A stretch of DNA of 64,000 nt, from assembly GCF_035084215.1 (NCBI RefSeq), contig NC_090352.1, positions 31,620,001 through 31,684,000 on the forward strand. The letters are read 5' to 3'. Made by a program: the position numbers and the translations under genes. Source of the stretch: Heptranchias perlo (taxonomy: Eukaryota). The notes beneath the pieces were generated by a model. It saw only the letters and a list, made by a program, of their open reading frames with translations, made no database searches and had not been told where the DNA came from. This document shows, piece by piece, positions 61,031-64,000 of this stretch (the stretch's first letter is position 1; each line of letters opens with the position of its first letter).

Positions 61031-62503
61031 TTAACCCCTTCCCACCCCCCACCTTCTTCCTAAATAAAATTTGGGAGGAAAATTCTTTGTGTTCACAAAG
61101 AGTGTGTTTATGATTTTGCTATGAATTGCAAATCGATGAAATGTCTTTTCCCCTGCCCCCCAAAATATCAAAATTAACTTTTTCATCTTTTGTTTTTGAT
61201 GACTAAAAGCTCATCACCTCGACTTGGAGTATTTAATGGATTCTCCGTATCTTCCTTTTCACCTCCAGCCTAAAAATTCACGAGGAGCTCTAGGAGCAAA
61301 CTTGACACGTACTGCCCTCACAGATAGTTTACTTCAACACACCGCTAAACCACGGTAGCTTTTAACATCTACTCCTAATACGAATAGTTTATTGTTCCTG
61401 TCATTGGAAAGGGAGGGGTGGAGAAGAGATGTGATTATGTCAGCTGTAGATATTGTCATTGTTGATGTCTTTCTCTTGTTGCACGTCTTACGTTGTTACC
61501 TCCCTTTATAGTGTTCAGGATTATGCGGGAATTCAGATATGAACAAGCCCTTGTCAGCTTGTGAGGTGGAAGCTGCTTTAATAGCTGAGTGGGTAAATGG
61601 ACTGCCTATTTTGTTAGTGAGCAGTACGGGCGAGGAAGGTTCCAAGTTTGATCCGTAGCCTGTGCTGAGTTAGAAAATCCTCATTAGCCCCGGAGAAGGA
61701 AAATATCAACCAGGGTTTCTATGCCTGATTGCCGTTCAGTATCAGACTTGGTTATAATGCCACCCATGGTCAAATAATCTACTAACATCCACTGCCTGGG
61801 ATCATATAAAAAAATGATGACGGGGTGGGGGTGGGGGGTTGTTGGTGGATGCTGGTGCCAGTGAAACTGGACACCAGCATAAGTCACTGTCTTTAGGAGG
61901 GAAGGGTAAAATTGGGGAGACACACTGAGGTCATTCAGCTTTGAGAGCAATAGTCTTAAAACCACATTTAATTTGTTTTAGAGCTCAGAATGTTGATATT
62001 AGTATTTAAATTAATCGAGACAAGGTTTTCTGAATGAAAGTAAAATAACGTGATTTTTAAAAAAAATACTTCTCGAGTGACCTCGTACAGTATCCAAGCA
62101 CACATTTTTCAGTAGCAGTCATCAGATGACAATCAGGAGTCCGATCATTGTCTGACGTTTCTCCCCCCCCCCTCCCCCCCCTGCCCCGGCCCTAAGACTG
62201 GGGATTGAAACTGGGGTCTTCCTATTGTTTATGGTTCAGTGCCACGTCAGGCAGTGGATTTACAGGCTGGGCCAATAGGCGGTCCTGAGAGAGAGAGTTT
62301 TTAAATGTAAAGGAAGTAGCAAACTTACTGTCAGGCTAGGCTGTTGCAGGGAACAGGTAGGGGGCACAAGCCCGTTCATAGTCCAGAGCAGACCCTGCAG
62401 AGCACAGGAAGTGAATGAAGAAATTGAAAGAGTAAAAGATATTGTACATTGTCGCAGGGAAGGCACAGAGACCGTTTAACAGCCAGCGAGATACTTACTA
62501 GGT

Positions 62504-62634
62504 ATCAGCCATGGCTCAGTGCTAGCAGTCGCGCCATTGAGTCAAAAGGTTGTGGGTTCAAGTCCCGCTCCAGAGACTTGAGCACAAACTGTAGGCTGAT
62601 ACTCCAGTGCTGCACCATCGGAGGTGCCATCTTT
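62504..62634 (+). mobile_element. 5' head of a SacSINE1-like SINE
   Basis: TCAGCCATGGCTCAGT...GGTTCAAGTCCC...GGAGGTGCCATCTTT. Confidence 0.8.
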
Positions 62635-63958
62635 AGTCACTTGGACAAGTGTGAATTAATAAAGGAAAGCCAGGAATTAATAAAGGAAATTTGTTAAAGG
62701 CAAATCGTGTTTAACTAACTTGATTGAGTTTTTTGATGAGGTAACAGAGAAGGTTGATGAGGGCAATGCGGTTAATGTTGTGTTTATGGACTTTCAAAAG
62801 GCGTTTGATAAAGTACCACATAATAGGCTTGTCAGAAAAATTGAAGTCCATGGAATAAAAGGGGCAGTGACAGCATGAGTACGAAATTGGCTAAGTGACA
62901 GGAAACAGAGAGTAGTGGTGAATGGTTGTTTTTCGGACTGGAGGAAGGTATACAGCGGTGTTCCCCAGGGGTCATAACTAGGACCGCTGCTTTTTTTAAT
63001 CTATATTAATGACTTGGCCTTGGGGGTACAGGGCACAATTTCAAAATTTGCAGATGACACAAAACTTGGACATGTAGCAAACAGTGAGGAGGATAGTGAT
63101 AGATTTCAAGAGGACATAGAATGGGCAGACATATGGCAGATGAAATCTAACGTAGAGAAGTGTGAAGTGATACGTTTTGGCAGGAAGAACAGGGAGAGGC
63201 AATATAAACGAAATGGTACAATTCTAAAGGGGGTGCAGGAACAGAGAGACGTGGGGGTATATGTGCACAAATCTTTGAAGGTGACGAGACAGGTTGAGAA
63301 GGCGGTTAAAAAAGCATACAGGATCCTGGGCTTTATAAATAGAGGCACAGAGTACAAAAACAAGGAAGTTATGTTGAACCTTTATGAAACACTGGTTCGA
63401 CCACAACTGGAGTATTGTGTCCAATTCTGGGCACCGCAGTTTAGGAAGGATGTGATTGCCTTAGAGAGGGTGCAGAAAAGATTTATTAGAATGGTTTCAG
63501 GGATGAGGGACTTCAGTTACGTGGATAGACTGGAGAAGCTGGGGCTGTTCTCCCTAGGGAAGGTTGAGAGGAGATTTGATAGAAGTGTCCAAAATCATAA
63601 AGGGTTTAGATAAAGTAAATAAAGAGAAACTGTTCCCATTAGCGGAAGGGTCGAGAATCAGAGGACACAGATTTAAGGTGATCGGCAAAAGAACCAGAGG
63701 TGACATGAGAGAAAACTTTTTTACGCAGCGAGTAGTTATGATCTGGAATGCGCTGCCTGAATAGGTGGTGGAAGCAGATTCAATCATGGCTTTCAAAAAG
63801 GAATTGGCTAAATACTTGAAGGGAAAAAATTTGCAGGGCTATGAGGAAAGAACGGGGGAATGGGACTAACTGGATTGCTCTTACAAAGAGTCGGCACGGG
63901 CTTGATGGGCCGAATGGCCTCCTTCTGTGCTGTAACTGTTCCATGATTCTATGATACT
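62635..63958 (+). mobile_element. CR1 LINE, 5'-truncated
   Basis: DFQKAFDKVPH, FADDTKL and LVRPQLEYCVQFW motifs; tail GGGCCGAATGGCCTCCTTCTGTGC plus ATTCTATG repeats. Confidence 0.95.
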
Positions 63959-64000
63959 ATGTTATCTCACTGATTTGCACTCTGCCTGCAGTAGAGGGCT

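Overview
Eukaryotic, repeat-rich vertebrate genomic DNA. The repeat complement (SacSINE1/DeuSINE-like SINEs, HER1-like CR1 LINEs) suggests a cartilaginous fish, probably a shark; this is an inference. Two host genes lie on the + strand in the same order as in human 17p13.3: the last coding exon of METTL16 (1550-2188), and exons 1-2 of MNT (43369-43438, 55556-56066) with a CpG-rich promoter. The intergenic and intronic DNA contains CR1 and L2 LINE fragments, two or three SINE families, MITE-like elements, and a 29-bp minisatellite split by a near-full-length APE-RT LINE. It also contains an uninterrupted ~900-aa Penelope-like (Neptune-type) RT + GIY-YIG ORF. The most notable structure is a Penelope system. 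A minimal hammerhead-ribozyme motif (CUGANGA-A-stem II-GAAA-palindrome-UU) lies in the 3' repeat of the intact element and recurs in several palindromic, TSD-flanked non-autonomous derivatives. Across these copies four different stem-II sequences all preserve pairing. Coordinates were read by eye; the edges of degenerate repeats are approximate.
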